Shown in pieces: positions 9,994-21,099 of a DNA stretch of 64,000 nucleotides. A model generated the notes under the pieces. The model searched no databases. It saw only the letters and a list, made by a program, of their open reading frames with translations, and was not told where the DNA came from. Source of the DNA: Acidobacteriota bacterium (GTDB lineage: Bacteria > Acidobacteriota > UBA6911 > RPQK01 > JAJDTT01); the NCBI GenBank assembly GCA_965209055.1, contig OZ242374.1, positions 3,104,001 to 3,168,000 of the forward strand, given 5' to 3'. A program made the translations under genes and the position numbers. Positions within the stretch are counted from its first letter, which is position 1. The number at the start of each line of letters is the position of its first letter.

Positions 9994-11115
9994 ATGGTTT
10001 CGTACAGACCGGACAGGATTTACGTGGAACGCTGCGTGGCGGACTCGTGGGTCACCCGGAACGTGTTGCGGCGGCTTGCAGACACGCCGGTCGAATGGCT
10101 CGACGACTCCCGCGCGCTGTTGTCCGAGTCCCGCCGCTTGAGTCCTTCCCTGGCGGCGGCCAAGAGATCCCTGGTGTTGGCGCGGCACAAGGGGCGCTTT
10201 TTCAAGGATTGCCCGGCCAGCCGGTCACGGGGCGAGCGGAACGTCTGCTGCAACTACTTCGTCGTCAACTACGCCAGCAACTGCCACATGGAGTGCAGCT
10301 ACTGCTATCTCCAGACCCACCTGAATTTTCCCCACCTGGTCGTCTACGCCAACTATCGCGACCTCTTGCAGGAGCTCGAGACACGCTTCCGATCCCATCC
10401 CAAGACTCCCTTCCGGGTGGGGACCGGAGAGTTGGCCGACAGCCTGGCCCTGGATCCGCTGACCCGCTATTCGGTTCCCCTGGTGGAATTCTTTTCCCGC
10501 TTCGATAACGCGATCCTGGAATTCAAGACCAAGTCGGATTGCGTCGACAACCTGATAGGGCTGGAGCATGGTGGACGGACCGTGGTGTCGTGGTCCATCA
10601 ATCCCAGGCCCGTCCAGGAGAGGGAGGAACATCGCACGGCGAGCATCGATCGGCGGCTCAGGGCGGCGGAACGTTGCGTTGCCGGGGGGTACCGGGTCGG
10701 ATTCCATCTGGACCCCATGATCCACTACCCGGGCTGGGAGCGGGACTATGAGGACCTGGTCGACGAGATATTCCGCCGTTTTCCGCCCCGGTCCGTGGCC
10801 TGGATTTCCCTGGGCAGCCTCCGCCTGAGCGCCGGGTTGAAAGCATTCATGAGGTCCCGATTCCCCCGAAGCGGACTTCCGCTGGGAGAGCTGGTCCCGG
10901 TCCCGGACGGCAAGCTCCGCTACTTCTGGCCGATTCGGGTGCAGATGTACCGTTCGACCGTGGAGTGGGTCAGGGACCGCAGCCCCCGGACCCCCGTCTA
11001 TCTGTGCATGGAGCGTCCGGGAGTCTGGAGCAAGGTCTTTGCCCAGGCCCCGCCGGACGAGAAGCGCCTGGGCCGCCGTCTGGCCGGCAACCTGCCGGTT
11101 ACTGCGGCACGGTGA
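9994..11115 (+). CDS. Radical SAM protein, spore photoproduct lyase (SplB)-like
   Basis: CHMECSYCYL CxxxCxxC motif, GTGELADSLALD, EFKTKS, VVSWSIN and GFHLDPMI, typical of the SPL family. Confidence 0.9.
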   Translation: MVSYRPDRIYVERCVADSWVTRNVLRRLADTPVEWLDDSRALLSESRRLSPSLAAAKRSLVLARHKGRFFKDCPASRSRGERNVCCNYFVVNYASNCHMECSYCYLQTHLNFPHLVVYANYRDLLQELETRFRSHPKTPFRVGTGELADSLALDPLTRYSVPLVEFFSRFDNAILEFKTKSDCVDNLIGLEHGGRTVVSWSINPRPVQEREEHRTASIDRRLRAAERCVAGGYRVGFHLDPMIHYPGWERDYEDLVDEIFRRFPPRSVAWISLGSLRLSAGLKAFMRSRFPRSGLPLGELVPVPDGKLRYFWPIRVQMYRSTVEWVRDRSPRTPVYLCMERPGVWSKVFAQAPPDEKRLGRRLAGNLPVTAAR

Positions 11116-11599
11116 ACCGGAAGCCGTTGATGTCCATCTCGGCGCGGGTGGACATCCAGTCCCGGGGCAGATCCTGGATGTAGAGGGTGAAGCTCCGTTT
11201 CCTCATGGGCTGGATCGGGGCCGTGTAGGCGCCCGGCCGAATTGGAACCCGGGTCGTTTCCCAGACCGGCGTGTCGTAGTTGAAGAAGATCATCTTCATC
11301 TCGACCACGTCCAGCGCCCGCTCCCCCTGATTCTCGATGGTGGCGGAAAAAACGGCCATTCGGTTGCCGGCAATGTTCTTGGCCATCTGGAGGCGGGGCC
11401 GGGTCAGGCTCACGTGTTCCCGATACCAGCCGTAGTCCGAATCCCCTTCCCGGAGCACTCCGGTCAAATCCTCCCGCTGCTGGGGCTTGGGATCATGCAT
11501 GAAGATGACCACACTCGTCAGAAGGATGGCTGCCAACCCGACGGGAATCAGGATTTTCCAATGCTCTTTGGTGCGGGCGGCGGCGTTGGTCTGAAACAT
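11099..11599 (-). CDS. Hypothetical membrane-anchored protein (Ig-like periplasmic domain)
   Basis: N-terminal TM helix then a beta-rich domain; coupled to the upstream Pal-like gene. Confidence 0.65.
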   Translation of the reverse strand: MFQTNAAARTKEHWKILIPVGLAAILLTSVVIFMHDPKPQQREDLTGVLREGDSDYGWYREHVSLTRPRLQMAKNIAGNRMAVFSATIENQGERALDVVEMKMIFFNYDTPVWETTRVPIRPGAYTAPIQPMRKRSFTLYIQDLPRDWMSTRAEMDINGFRFTVPQ

Positions 11600-11612
11600 G
11601 GTCGGTCTACTC

Positions 11613-12449
11613 CTACTCCTGGATCAGGACAAAATGAACTCTCCGGTTCAAGGCCCAGGACTCTTCCGACTGGCCCGTGTCGAAAGGCCGTTCCTCTCCC
11701 AGGGCGATGGTCGACATGCGGCCGGGATCGATGCCCGCGTCCACCAGAAATTGGCGCACCACCTGGGACCTCTTGTCGGCCAGAGCCAGATTGTATTCGT
11801 CGGTGCCGCGCTCGTCACAATGCCCTTCCAGGACGAACCGGACGTGAACGTTTTCAGGCTGGGAAAACCAGCGGGCGTTGGCCTCCAGGATGGACCTGTT
11901 CTCTGCATCGAGCGCGCTGCTGTCGAAGCCGAAGAAAACGGGCGCGACACTGAGCGGGATTTCATCGTCGCGAGCCGCCGGGAACAGGTCTTCCTGGTCG
12001 ATCGCTCCGCTCCGGTCCGTCGAAACCTCGATCGTCACCAGGCGCTCCACCGTGCCCCCCGGTCCTGTGGCGCTCAGCCGGTAGGAGGTCGTTTCTTCGG
12101 GAAAGAGCTTGATTCTTCCGGACGGATCCACGACTCCGATGCCCTGGTCGATCCGCACTTCGCCGGCGCCCTCGGTCTCCCATGACAGCAGGGCCGAGCC
12201 CCCTGGCCGGATCACGGACGGCTCGACGCGAATCTCCAAGCTGGGCGCCGGGGCAACGGCCGGCTCGGCCGCGTCGGTCCCGGTTGTGGAAGTGCCGGCG
12301 CCGGCGCCCCGGTCGGCGGCGCTGGGAGGAAGGGGGGGCACCCGGTTTCTGCCGCAAGAGGCCCCCGCCAGGACCAGAAGCCCCAAGACCAGGAACGGCA
12401 GAAGACGGGATGGAATCTTGAAGAGGTCCCTTTCAGCGGGTGGAAGCAT
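11613..12449 (-). CDS. OmpA/Pal-family peptidoglycan-associated lipoprotein
   Basis: Lipobox LAGASC; C-terminal VFFGFDSSAL, EGHCDERGTDEYNLALADKR and NRRVHF. Confidence 0.92.
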   Translation of the reverse strand: MLPPAERDLFKIPSRLLPFLVLGLLVLAGASCGRNRVPPLPPSAADRGAGAGTSTTGTDAAEPAVAPAPSLEIRVEPSVIRPGGSALLSWETEGAGEVRIDQGIGVVDPSGRIKLFPEETTSYRLSATGPGGTVERLVTIEVSTDRSGAIDQEDLFPAARDDEIPLSVAPVFFGFDSSALDAENRSILEANARWFSQPENVHVRFVLEGHCDERGTDEYNLALADKRSQVVRQFLVDAGIDPGRMSTIALGEERPFDTGQSEESWALNRRVHFVLIQE

Positions 12450-13704
12450 ACTCAGGTCCGGCGATGATGGTGGTGAAGTTTACCGTATCCAAATGACGAC
12501 GGGCAACCCGCCTCACCTCCTCGGCGTCGACGGCGCGGATCCAATCCGGATACAGGCGGATGAAGTCCGGGTCCAGGCCGAAGCGTTCCGCGGTCAGCAG
12601 AAACCGGGCCACGTGGGCGTTGGACTGGAAACCGAATACGAAGCTGCCGGTCAGATAGTTCCGGGCCAATTCCATCTCCTCTTCCGTAGGTCCATCCTTG
12701 ATGAGACTCTCGATTTCCTTCATGAGTCCGCTCACGGCGGCGTCACGATTCGACGGCGAGGTGCAGATGTAGGCGAGGAACCGTCCCGGATAGCGGCCGG
12801 CCGACCCGGTGAGGTCGCTGTAGGTGGCATAGGCGAGGCCCCGGCGGTCCCTGAGCTCCCGGGGAATCCGGCTGGTGAACCCCGGCCCGCTGCCCAGGAC
12901 GGCGTCCATCACCTGGAGCGCATAGAAGTCGGGGTGGTCCCGGGTCACGCCCAGGTGGCCCAGGCAGACGTGGACCTGTTCCCGGCCCTCCAGGACCCGC
13001 TGCCGCACCCGGGGTGCACGCTGGCGGCGGGGCGCCGGAGGCCGGTTCTTTCGGAAGCGGCCGTTTCGCCACGATCCCAGGCGGCGGTCCACCAGATCCG
13101 CAACCTGTGCGTGACCGGCGTTCCCCACAACCACCAAAACCGTGTTCCCCGGAGCGTATCGCAAGCGGTGAAACTCCCGAATGTCCTCGATCTGCAGCCG
13201 CCTCAACGACGCCGGGGTGCCCAGGCCGGGGAACTGCAGCGGACCGCCGCGGTAGATCTCCCGGTTCAACAGGTTGCTCACCACCACCTGCGGGTCGTCC
13301 TCCAGCGCCTCCAACCGGGTCAGTGCCTTCTCCCGCTCCAGGCCGAATCGTTGCCGGGGGAAGGTGGGGCGGGAAAGCATCTGGGCCGCCAGATCGAGTC
13401 CTTCCGGCAGATCGCGGTCCCTGAGATGGAGCGAGATCCCGGTCAGTTCATGTTGGCAGTAGGTGGAGAGGTTGCCGCCCGCGTCCTCCACCAGGCGGGA
13501 AATGTCGTCGGCCCGGTATTTGGCCGTTCCTTCCTCCAACATCCGTGAAGCAAGGGCCGCCAGTCCCGGCTGCCGGAGCGGGTTCTGGTCGGTGCCGGCG
13601 AGAACGAAGGCGTTGACCGAAACTACGGGTAGACGGTCGTTTCGACAGGTGAGGAGGACCAGTCCGTTTTTCCAGACCCGTCGTTGGAATCCGTCCAGAA
13701 CCAT
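12433..13704 (-). CDS. M16 family peptidase subunit (lacks HxxEH)
   Basis: NGLVLL, PGLAALASRMLEEGT, YAPGNTVLVVVG and ELRDRRGLAY. Confidence 0.9.
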   Translation of the reverse strand: MVLDGFQRRVWKNGLVLLTCRNDRLPVVSVNAFVLAGTDQNPLRQPGLAALASRMLEEGTAKYRADDISRLVEDAGGNLSTYCQHELTGISLHLRDRDLPEGLDLAAQMLSRPTFPRQRFGLEREKALTRLEALEDDPQVVVSNLLNREIYRGGPLQFPGLGTPASLRRLQIEDIREFHRLRYAPGNTVLVVVGNAGHAQVADLVDRRLGSWRNGRFRKNRPPAPRRQRAPRVRQRVLEGREQVHVCLGHLGVTRDHPDFYALQVMDAVLGSGPGFTSRIPRELRDRRGLAYATYSDLTGSAGRYPGRFLAYICTSPSNRDAAVSGLMKEIESLIKDGPTEEEMELARNYLTGSFVFGFQSNAHVARFLLTAERFGLDPDFIRLYPDWIRAVDAEEVRRVARRHLDTVNFTTIIAGPEYASTR

Positions 13705-13731
13705 TTTCGATACTCTCGGCTGCGGGTTGGG

Positions 13732-14994
13732 CTATCCGGTCTCCACGACGCCGACCGTCCAGCGCCGTCCGGACCAGTGCCCGGCCGCGGCCGCCATGAC
13801 CTCCTCGGCGGTCAGCCGGGAGATTCGCTCCACGTAGTCGTTCCAGTATCCCGGGCGCTGCAGCGCTTCCATGGAGGCCAGTTGCATGCATTGGTCGAAT
13901 GTCGTTTCCAGTTCGAAAAGAGACTGGTTGATGCACTGGTTCTTGGCCCGGATCAACTCGTCCCGGGTCAGCGGTTCGGTGCACAGTTGCATGAGTTCGT
14001 GGACGAGGAGTTCCTCGGTCTGCTGCAGGTCGGCATTCTCGCGCAACTCCAGGCGGATCAGCAGGAGGTAGGGGTCGAAGGTGTCGCCCATTTCGGTGTG
14101 GACCAGGGACGCCAGTTGGGTCTCTTCGACGAATTTCCTGTAGAGGCGTGAAAGCCGGCCCTCGGAGAGCACCCGGTCCAGGATCTGAAAGGCGTCGTGG
14201 TCACTCTGATGAATGGAGGGTGCGGGCAGGGCCATCAGCATTCTGGGCACGCGGCTCCGGCGCCGGACTTTGATCCTGACCCGGCCGCTGTCCGCCGCCT
14301 CCCGGGGCGGACGCGGCGGCGGCGGAAGACCGGTGGATGTCTGACGGAAGAGCCGCTCCACCGTCCGGAGAGTGAAGTCCGGGTCCGTGTCGCCGGCGAC
14401 GGCCAGCACGGCGTTCCCGGGGACGTAGTATCGGCGGTAGTGTTCCACCATCTGTTGCACGGTCAGCGCCTCGATGTCCCGGCTCATTCCGATGATGGGG
14501 AAGCGGTACGGGTGCCGCTCGAAGGCCGTCAACTCGACCGACCGGCGAAGTGCGCCCCAGGGATGGTCCTGTTCCATTCTGGATTCTTCGAGGATCACCT
14601 GCCGCTCCAGTTCGAACTCCTGGGGGTCGAAACGATTGTTCGACATCCGGTCGGCCTCGATTTCCAGAGCGCAAACCCATCGGTCGGAGGCAAAGCTGAA
14701 AAAGTAGCCGGTATAGTCCTGCGTGGTGAAGGCGTTGTTGGAGCCCCCATGGAGTGCCGTGATCCGGTCGATCTCTCCGGGGCCGTAGCGTCCGGTGCCC
14801 TTGAACATCATGTGTTCCAGGAAATGGGAAATGCCGGTCCGGCCTGCAACCTCCACTCTGGATCCCACCCGGTAGCAGACCATGGTGGTGACGACAGGAC
14901 TGGTGGGGTCCGGGCGCACCAGCAGGGTCAGACCGTTGTCGAGACGGTAGCGATGGACCGGAGGAACCCGGAAGCCGGGGGTTTGTCCCTTCAA
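13732..14994 (-). CDS. M16 family zinc peptidase (HxxEH intact)
   Basis: LDNGLTLL, YRVGS, GISHFLEHMMFKGT, NAFT and ERQVILEE. TTG start at 14994 chosen because AAGGAA lies upstream. Confidence 0.92.
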   Translation of the reverse strand: MKGQTPGFRVPPVHRYRLDNGLTLLVRPDPTSPVVTTMVCYRVGSRVEVAGRTGISHFLEHMMFKGTGRYGPGEIDRITALHGGSNNAFTTQDYTGYFFSFASDRWVCALEIEADRMSNNRFDPQEFELERQVILEESRMEQDHPWGALRRSVELTAFERHPYRFPIIGMSRDIEALTVQQMVEHYRRYYVPGNAVLAVAGDTDPDFTLRTVERLFRQTSTGLPPPPRPPREAADSGRVRIKVRRRSRVPRMLMALPAPSIHQSDHDAFQILDRVLSEGRLSRLYRKFVEETQLASLVHTEMGDTFDPYLLLIRLELRENADLQQTEELLVHELMQLCTEPLTRDELIRAKNQCINQSLFELETTFDQCMQLASMEALQRPGYWNDYVERISRLTAEEVMAAAAGHWSGRRWTVGVVETG

Positions 14995-15093
14995 GACCGG
15001 TTCCTTTCGGGGATGTCCCTTCTCCCGGCAACCGGAGATCGCGCGATCTCTTTTGCCCCGCGCTCGCGGGACACTGATACAATGTTTCGATCC

Positions 15094-16509
15094 ATGAGGA
15101 ATCCAGTCCAGCACTCCGGCTCCCGTCCCGGCAGGGCGATCCGGGCGCTTCCGATCCTGGCCGCTGTCATCGCCATGATTATAGCGTCAGCTCCCGGCGC
15201 GCCGACGGTGAAGCTGGCGAAGTTGAGCGTTCCTTCGTTCGAGCGGAAGTCCCTGCTGAACGGGATGGAGGTGCTGATGCTCCCGCCCGGCCCGTCGCGC
15301 CGGTCCTTCCGTCTCATGATCGAGAACGGGGCCGCATTCGATCCGGTGGATAAGTGGGGCATCACCCATCTCACCACCCGGATGTTGCTGGAGGAGACCG
15401 AGATCCGCTCCGGTGACCTGATTCGGCGGCAGCTCGAAAGCCTCGATGCCGAGTTGGAATTCCAGGTCGATTGGGATGCCATTTACCTCTACGGAAACGC
15501 TCCGGAAGGGAATCTCCCCGCGGTCCTGGGACTGCTGGGGGAGATCGTGGTGCGTCCCTTTTTTCGGGAGGAGACCTTCGAGCGGCTCAGGGCGCAGCAA
15601 CTGGAAGAGGTCGAAAACCAGATGAAACGACCGGAAGTGGTCACCCAGAAAGCGTTTCTGGCCAATCTCTTCGGACCGAATCCGTACGGACACGGCGTTC
15701 TGGGAACCGTGGAGACGCTCAACAACCTGGAGTTGAGAGACGTCAAGATCCAATACCGGAAGCTCTTTCTTCCCAACCAGGCCAGACTCGCGCTGCACAC
15801 GTCAGCCGAGCCGCAGGACTTGTTCCGGGAACTGAGTCGCCGCTGGGGCGTCTGGATCCGCGCCGAAGCGGCCCCGTTCACGTTTCGCCGGGCTCCGGCC
15901 GGGCAGGGATGGCGCATTCTGCTGCAAGACCTGCCCGGGGACGAGGCCCTCTTTCGCTGGGGCAGGCTCGGCGTGGAGATGGGCAGCAGGGACTACTACG
16001 CCCTCAAGATGTTGGAGGAGTATCTGACCCTCTCCTTGCCCGGCTTGGCCCGGGTGGTGGAGGCCGAGCAGCAGATCCAGGCCTCCTCCCGGGTGAAGGC
16101 CTTTCGAATGCCGGGATATCTCCAACTGAGCCTCAGAACCTCCTCGGATCGCCTGATGCCTTATCTGAAGGAGTTTCTTCAGACCATGAGCGGACTTCGG
16201 AAGGGCGAGGTGGACTCGTCTCTGATGGAGGAAGCCAGAAGCCTGGCCTATCTTGAATTCCGCAATCGATTGGAAGATCCGGTGGGCCGCCTGACCCGCA
16301 TACTGGACACCAGCCTCTACGATCTGGGTGTCACCTACATCGTGAACTATGGACTCCGCCTGCGGCGGGTGACACCCGAGGACTTTCGCACGCTCCTGAT
16401 GGAGTACCTCTCACAAGACTCTTCGCTGCTCGTCGTCGGTGGTCCCGCCGCTGATCTCAAGCCTGAACTCGAGGAATTGGGGCCGGTTCAAATCTCCACC
16501 GTCCATTGA
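15094..16509 (+). CDS. Exported M16-family peptidase-like protein (no catalytic motif)
   Basis: Signal-like ILAAVIAMIIA, LLNGMEVL, GITHLTTRML and NPYGHGVLGT; start uncertain. Confidence 0.8.
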   Translation: MRNPVQHSGSRPGRAIRALPILAAVIAMIIASAPGAPTVKLAKLSVPSFERKSLLNGMEVLMLPPGPSRRSFRLMIENGAAFDPVDKWGITHLTTRMLLEETEIRSGDLIRRQLESLDAELEFQVDWDAIYLYGNAPEGNLPAVLGLLGEIVVRPFFREETFERLRAQQLEEVENQMKRPEVVTQKAFLANLFGPNPYGHGVLGTVETLNNLELRDVKIQYRKLFLPNQARLALHTSAEPQDLFRELSRRWGVWIRAEAAPFTFRRAPAGQGWRILLQDLPGDEALFRWGRLGVEMGSRDYYALKMLEEYLTLSLPGLARVVEAEQQIQASSRVKAFRMPGYLQLSLRTSSDRLMPYLKEFLQTMSGLRKGEVDSSLMEEARSLAYLEFRNRLEDPVGRLTRILDTSLYDLGVTYIVNYGLRLRRVTPEDFRTLLMEYLSQDSSLLVVGGPAADLKPELEELGPVQISTVH

Positions 16510-16630
16510 ACTGCATTTGGGGCTCGGCTATATTCTAGAAGACTGCGGCGATTTTTGTCCGGAGCTTGGCAGAGGTTTATTCACCACATTTGGTGGGCCG
16601 GCAACCGCAAGATCGCCCCAGGGTGCGACC

Positions 16631-17104
16631 ATGACGGAATTGGCTGAGAAGGTGGAATTCCTGCTGCGCGGGGCCGTAGAGGAACAGGGGTTGGAACTGG
16701 TTCATGTCCAGTTCCTTGGCCGCCGCCGGAGTCCTTTGTTGAGAGTCTACATCGACAAGCCCGGAGGCGTTACGTTGGAGGACTGCCAGAGTGTCAGCCG
16801 GCAGGCGGGCGTGCTGCTGGACGTGGAGGACCTGATCTCCGGCCGGTACGTGTTGGAGGTGTCTTCTCCGGGTCTGGACCGCCCTCTCTTCCGCGTGGAG
16901 GACTACCGGCGATTCTCGGGACGCGAGGTGCGCCTCGTCACCCGCGAGAAGATCGACAGCCGTCACAAGTTCACGGGTTTCATCCAGGACCTTCGTGACG
17001 GCGTCGTGGAGTTGGACTGCCAGGACAAGACTTACCGGATCCCCTTCGGGATGATCGCCAAGGCCAACCTGGTCCACCGGTTCGCCGACTCGTTCCGGAA
17101 GTAG
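16631..17104 (+). CDS. rimP: Ribosome maturation factor RimP
   Basis: LRVYIDKPGGVTLEDC and YVLEVSSPGLDRPL; precedes nusA. Confidence 0.96.
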   Translation: MTELAEKVEFLLRGAVEEQGLELVHVQFLGRRRSPLLRVYIDKPGGVTLEDCQSVSRQAGVLLDVEDLISGRYVLEVSSPGLDRPLFRVEDYRRFSGREVRLVTREKIDSRHKFTGFIQDLRDGVVELDCQDKTYRIPFGMIAKANLVHRFADSFRK

Positions 17105-17146
17105 AATCGGCCGCAGCGGGCGGCAACAGTGAGGATATAGCGAAGC

Positions 17147-18484
17147 ATGTCGAATGCCCTGAGTCAGAGCGTCGAGCAGCTCAGCCGGGAAAAAGGCGTC
17201 GAATCCAAGGTCATTTACGAAGCCCTTGAGGACGCCATGGCCGCCGCCGCCAGGAAGCATTTCAGGACCGAGGAAGATCTGCAGGCGCGTTACGATCCGG
17301 TGACCGGCACCATCGAGGTGTTCGCCGTCAAGCGCATCGTTGAGGAAGTCGAAGAAGCAGAGACCGAGATGGCTCTGTCGGAGGCCTTGCAGTACGACGA
17401 GAGCTTCAAAGTGGGGGATTACCTGGAGATCCCCAAACCACCCTTGGAGCTGGGGCGAATCGCCGCCCAGACGGCCAAGCAGGTCATTTTCCAGAAAGTT
17501 CGGGAAGCGGAACGGGAGAACGTCTTCGAGGAGTATTCGGGCCAGATCGGACAGGTGGTCCACGGAATCGTGCGGCGCTACGAGGGGGGCAATATCGTGC
17601 TGGACATCGGCCGGACCGAGGCCGTGCTCCCGTACAACGAGCAGGCCCGCACCGAGGAGTATCGCCCGGGGGATCGGGTGCGAGCGGTCATCATCAAGGT
17701 TCACCGTCTCTCCAAGGGTCCCCAGATCGTCGTCTCCCGGGGCGATCCCAGCCTGTTGATCCGTTTGTTCGAGGCCGAGATTCCCGAAGTCTACGACCAC
17801 ACGGTCATCATCAAGAATGCGGTTCGGGAAGCGGGCGAACGCGCCAAGGTGGCGGTGTCGAGCCGGGACGACAACGTGGACCCGGTGGGAGCCTGCGTCG
17901 GCATGAGAGGCAGCCGGATCAACGCGGTGATCCGGGAGTTGCGGGGAGAGAAGATCGACATCATCCAATACTCGGACGACATCGTCGAGTACACCATCAA
18001 CGCCTTGAACCCCGCGCGAATCTCCAAGGTGCTGGTCCAGGACCCGCTGGACAAGGTTCTGGAAGTCATCGTCCCGGAGGATCAACTGTCTCTGGCCATC
18101 GGCAGAAAGGGACAGAATGTCCGCCTGGGTTCCAAGCTGCTGGGTTGGGAAATCAACATCAAGAGCGAGGAGGACAAGAAACGGGAGATCCTGGCTCAGA
18201 TGGAACAGCTGGCCGTACAGGCCGAACAGGCCGAACAGGCCGCGCGGGCGGGCCTGGAGGAGCTGGAGGGCCTGGGTGAAAAGACTCGGATTCGCCTCCA
18301 GGAAGCCGGTGTGCAAACCATTGAGGAACTTGCGAAGCGAACGGTCGAGGAATTGACGACCATTCCCATGATCGGCGAAAAGTCGGCCCTTAAGCTCCTT
18401 GCCCTGGCGGAGGCGTGGGTCCCCGACCAGGCGCAGGACGCGGTCGTGGAAACAGCCGGGGAAGTCGAGGCTGAGTTGGTCTGA
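17147..18484 (+). CDS. nusA: Transcription termination/antitermination factor NusA
   Basis: GRIAAQTAKQVI, REAGERAKVAV, DPVGACVGMRGSR and LSLAIGRKGQNVRL. Confidence 0.98.
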   Translation: MSNALSQSVEQLSREKGVESKVIYEALEDAMAAAARKHFRTEEDLQARYDPVTGTIEVFAVKRIVEEVEEAETEMALSEALQYDESFKVGDYLEIPKPPLELGRIAAQTAKQVIFQKVREAERENVFEEYSGQIGQVVHGIVRRYEGGNIVLDIGRTEAVLPYNEQARTEEYRPGDRVRAVIIKVHRLSKGPQIVVSRGDPSLLIRLFEAEIPEVYDHTVIIKNAVREAGERAKVAVSSRDDNVDPVGACVGMRGSRINAVIRELRGEKIDIIQYSDDIVEYTINALNPARISKVLVQDPLDKVLEVIVPEDQLSLAIGRKGQNVRLGSKLLGWEINIKSEEDKKREILAQMEQLAVQAEQAEQAARAGLEELEGLGEKTRIRLQEAGVQTIEELAKRTVEELTTIPMIGEKSALKLLALAEAWVPDQAQDAVVETAGEVEAELV

Positions 18485-18572
18485 ACCATTGATATGATGG
18501 ACGTGCAAGCGGTTGTGGGCCGATGGAGTCCGCACCGGGGCATGTAAAGCGATAGGAAGCATCAAGACGGTT

Positions 18573-21065
18573 ATGGAACAGGTGAGAGTCAACGAACTGG
18601 CTTCCGAATTCGAGATGCGGAGTACGGCCGTCATCTCGGAGCTCAAGAAGATCGGGGTCTGGGTGCCTTCACCCGAAACTCCGGTGGACTTTGACATCGC
18701 CAATCGAATCCGCCGGCGCCTGCAGCTCGTCATCGACACGGCGCAGGAGGAGCAGGCCCGGTCCGTCAAGGCGAAGGTCAGGAAACGGCCGGCCGCCAAG
18801 CCTCGCAAGACCATCAAGCAGTTGGGACAGCCCAGGAAAGCCGCGTCGCCTGCGGCAGAGGCGATCGACAGCCCGTTCCTCATGGGATCGCTGAAGCCCA
18901 GAAAGGGGACAGGCAACTATCGGCGGGTCGTGACCGAGGCGCCGGAGGAGATCCTGGAGAAGACCGAGGTCACCATCGAAGACGAGCCCATCATCGAAAA
19001 GGTCGAGGCCCAGATTTCGGCGGAGCTTCTGGAACAGGCACAGCGAATGGTCCTTTCCACCCCGGCGCCGGTTACGTCCACCGGTCTTCCTCTGGTGCCG
19101 CCCGGTGGGGCCCCGCCAGTGGTTCCGCCACCGGTATCCGCGCCACCGCCGACGGAAGATGTGGTGGTGCCCACTCCTGAGGAAGCTCCCACTCCCGATC
19201 TGCCGGATGAGGCGGTCGAGGCCGCCACGGCTGCCGAAGCCGAGGCTCCCGCCGTCGAAGCCCCGGAGACGGAAGACCAGCCCGCCGAGATGGTGAAAGA
19301 GCCCGAGGGCCCCGCCGTGATCACGGTCAGCGATTCGGTGACCGTGAGGGAACTGAGCGAGAAGTTGGGGGTCAAGAGCAAGGTGCTCATCAAGGAGCTC
19401 TTCTCCCGGGGCGTGATGGCAACCATCAATCGGAGTCTGGACCGCGACACGATTCAGCAGTTGTGCGACATCTTCGAGATTCAGGTCGAGTTCGTCACCG
19501 AGCAGGAGGCCCTGGTCCAGGAGGAGCAAGTCGTCGAACGTCCGGAAGACGTTCGCGTGCGGGCCCCGGTCGTCACCGTCATGGGGCATGTCGACCACGG
19601 AAAGACGTCGCTCCTGGACGCCATTCGAGAATCCCGTGTGGCCGAATCCGAAGCCGGGGGCATCACGCAGCATATCGGCGCCTACCATGTCTCCGTCGAC
19701 GGCAGCAAGATCGTCTTTCTGGACACTCCGGGCCACGAAGCCTTCACCCTGATGCGGGCGCGCGGCGCCAAGGTGACCGACGTGGTGGTCCTGGTCGTCG
19801 CCGCGGACGATGGCGTCATGCCGCAGACTCTCGAGGCCATCGACCACGCCAAAGCCGCCGACGTTCCCATCGTGGTGGCCGTCAACAAGATGGACCGGCC
19901 CGACGCCAGGCCGGACCGGGTCAAGCAGCAGTTGGCGGACCGCGGACTCACTCCGGAGGACTGGGGCGGGGACACGGTCATGGTCGAGGTGTCCGCCTTG
20001 GTGCACACCAACCTGGACCTGTTGCTCGAGATGATCCTCCTGGTGGCGGATCTGACGGAGAGAACCGCCAATCCCCAGAAGCCGGCCGTGGCGGTGGTGC
20101 TGGAGGCTCAACTGGATCGGGGGCGAGGCCCGGTGGCGACGGCGCTGGTGCAGGACGGGACCCTCCGGGTGGGGGACTCCTTCGTGGTGGGCACGGCTTA
20201 CGGCAAGGTCCGCGCCATGTTCGACGACCGGGGACAGCCCGTCGTGGAGGCCGGACCCAGTTCTGCCGTCGAGGTCCTGGGACTGCAAGATCTTCCTCAG
20301 GCGGGAGACTCCTTCCAGGTTTTGGCAAGCGCCGCCAAAGCACGGGAAATCGCCCAGCAGAGGAGTCAGGAGCAGCGCCGGAAGGAACTGGCCAGATCGG
20401 GGCCTGTGGGTCTGGAACAGCTCTTCGCCCAAATGGGAAGCCAGGAAGTCAAGGAACTCGACTTGGTCATCAAGGCCGACGGGCGCGGATCGGTCGAGGT
20501 CCTGGAAGGATCGCTTCGAAAACTGAGCGGAGAGAAGGTCCGCATCAAGATCGTCCACAGCGGAGTCGGCGCCATTTCCGAGTCGGATGTCCTGCTGGCG
20601 GCCGCCTCCAATGCCCTGGTGGTGGGCTTCAACGTCCGTCCCGAACGCAACGCCCAGATGACCGCCGAGCGGGAGCAAGTCGAGCTTCGCATGTACACGG
20701 TCATCTACGAGCTGATCGAAGAAATTCAGCAGGCCATGCTCGGTCTTTTGGAACCCACCATTCGCGAGCGGTTGGTGGGCCGGGCGGAAGTGCGCGACAC
20801 TTTTCGCGTGGCCAAGTTCGGAACCATCGCCGGATGCTTCGTTCGGGACGGGTCGATTTCCCGCAACTCCCTGATTCGACTGGTTCGAGACGGCGCCGTC
20901 ATTCACGAAGGCCGGACCGCCTCGTTGCGGCGATTCAAGGAGGACGTCAACGAGGTCAGGAGCGGGTACGAGTGCGGCATCTCCATCGCCAACTACCAGG
21001 ACATCAAGGTCGGAGACGTGATCGAAGCCTTCGTGAAGGAAAAGGTCGCTCCCCAACTCGTTTAG
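18573..21065 (+). CDS. infB: Translation initiation factor IF-2
   Basis: [38 protein letters not shown] and [10 protein letters not shown]. Confidence 0.98.
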   Translation: MEQVRVNELASEFEMRSTAVISELKKIGVWVPSPETPVDFDIANRIRRRLQLVIDTAQEEQARSVKAKVRKRPAAKPRKTIKQLGQPRKAASPAAEAIDSPFLMGSLKPRKGTGNYRRVVTEAPEEILEKTEVTIEDEPIIEKVEAQISAELLEQAQRMVLSTPAPVTSTGLPLVPPGGAPPVVPPPVSAPPPTEDVVVPTPEEAPTPDLPDEAVEAATAAEAEAPAVEAPETEDQPAEMVKEPEGPAVITVSDSVTVRELSEKLGVKSKVLIKELFSRGVMATINRSLDRDTIQQLCDIFEIQVEFVTEQEALVQEEQVVERPEDVRVRAPVVTVMGHVDHGKTSLLDAIRESRVAESEAGGITQHIGAYHVSVDGSKIVFLDTPGHEAFTLMRARGAKVTDVVVLVVAADDGVMPQTLEAIDHAKAADVPIVVAVNKMDRPDARPDRVKQQLADRGLTPEDWGGDTVMVEVSALVHTNLDLLLEMILLVADLTERTANPQKPAVAVVLEAQLDRGRGPVATALVQDGTLRVGDSFVVGTAYGKVRAMFDDRGQPVVEAGPSSAVEVLGLQDLPQAGDSFQVLASAAKAREIAQQRSQEQRRKELARSGPVGLEQLFAQMGSQEVKELDLVIKADGRGSVEVLEGSLRKLSGEKVRIKIVHSGVGAISESDVLLAAASNALVVGFNVRPERNAQMTAEREQVELRMYTVIYELIEEIQQAMLGLLEPTIRERLVGRAEVRDTFRVAKFGTIAGCFVRDGSISRNSLIRLVRDGAVIHEGRTASLRRFKEDVNEVRSGYECGISIANYQDIKVGDVIEAFVKEKVAPQLV

Positions 21066-21099
21066 TCCGGTTTCTCCATAAACGCCCGCCTGTTCGCCG

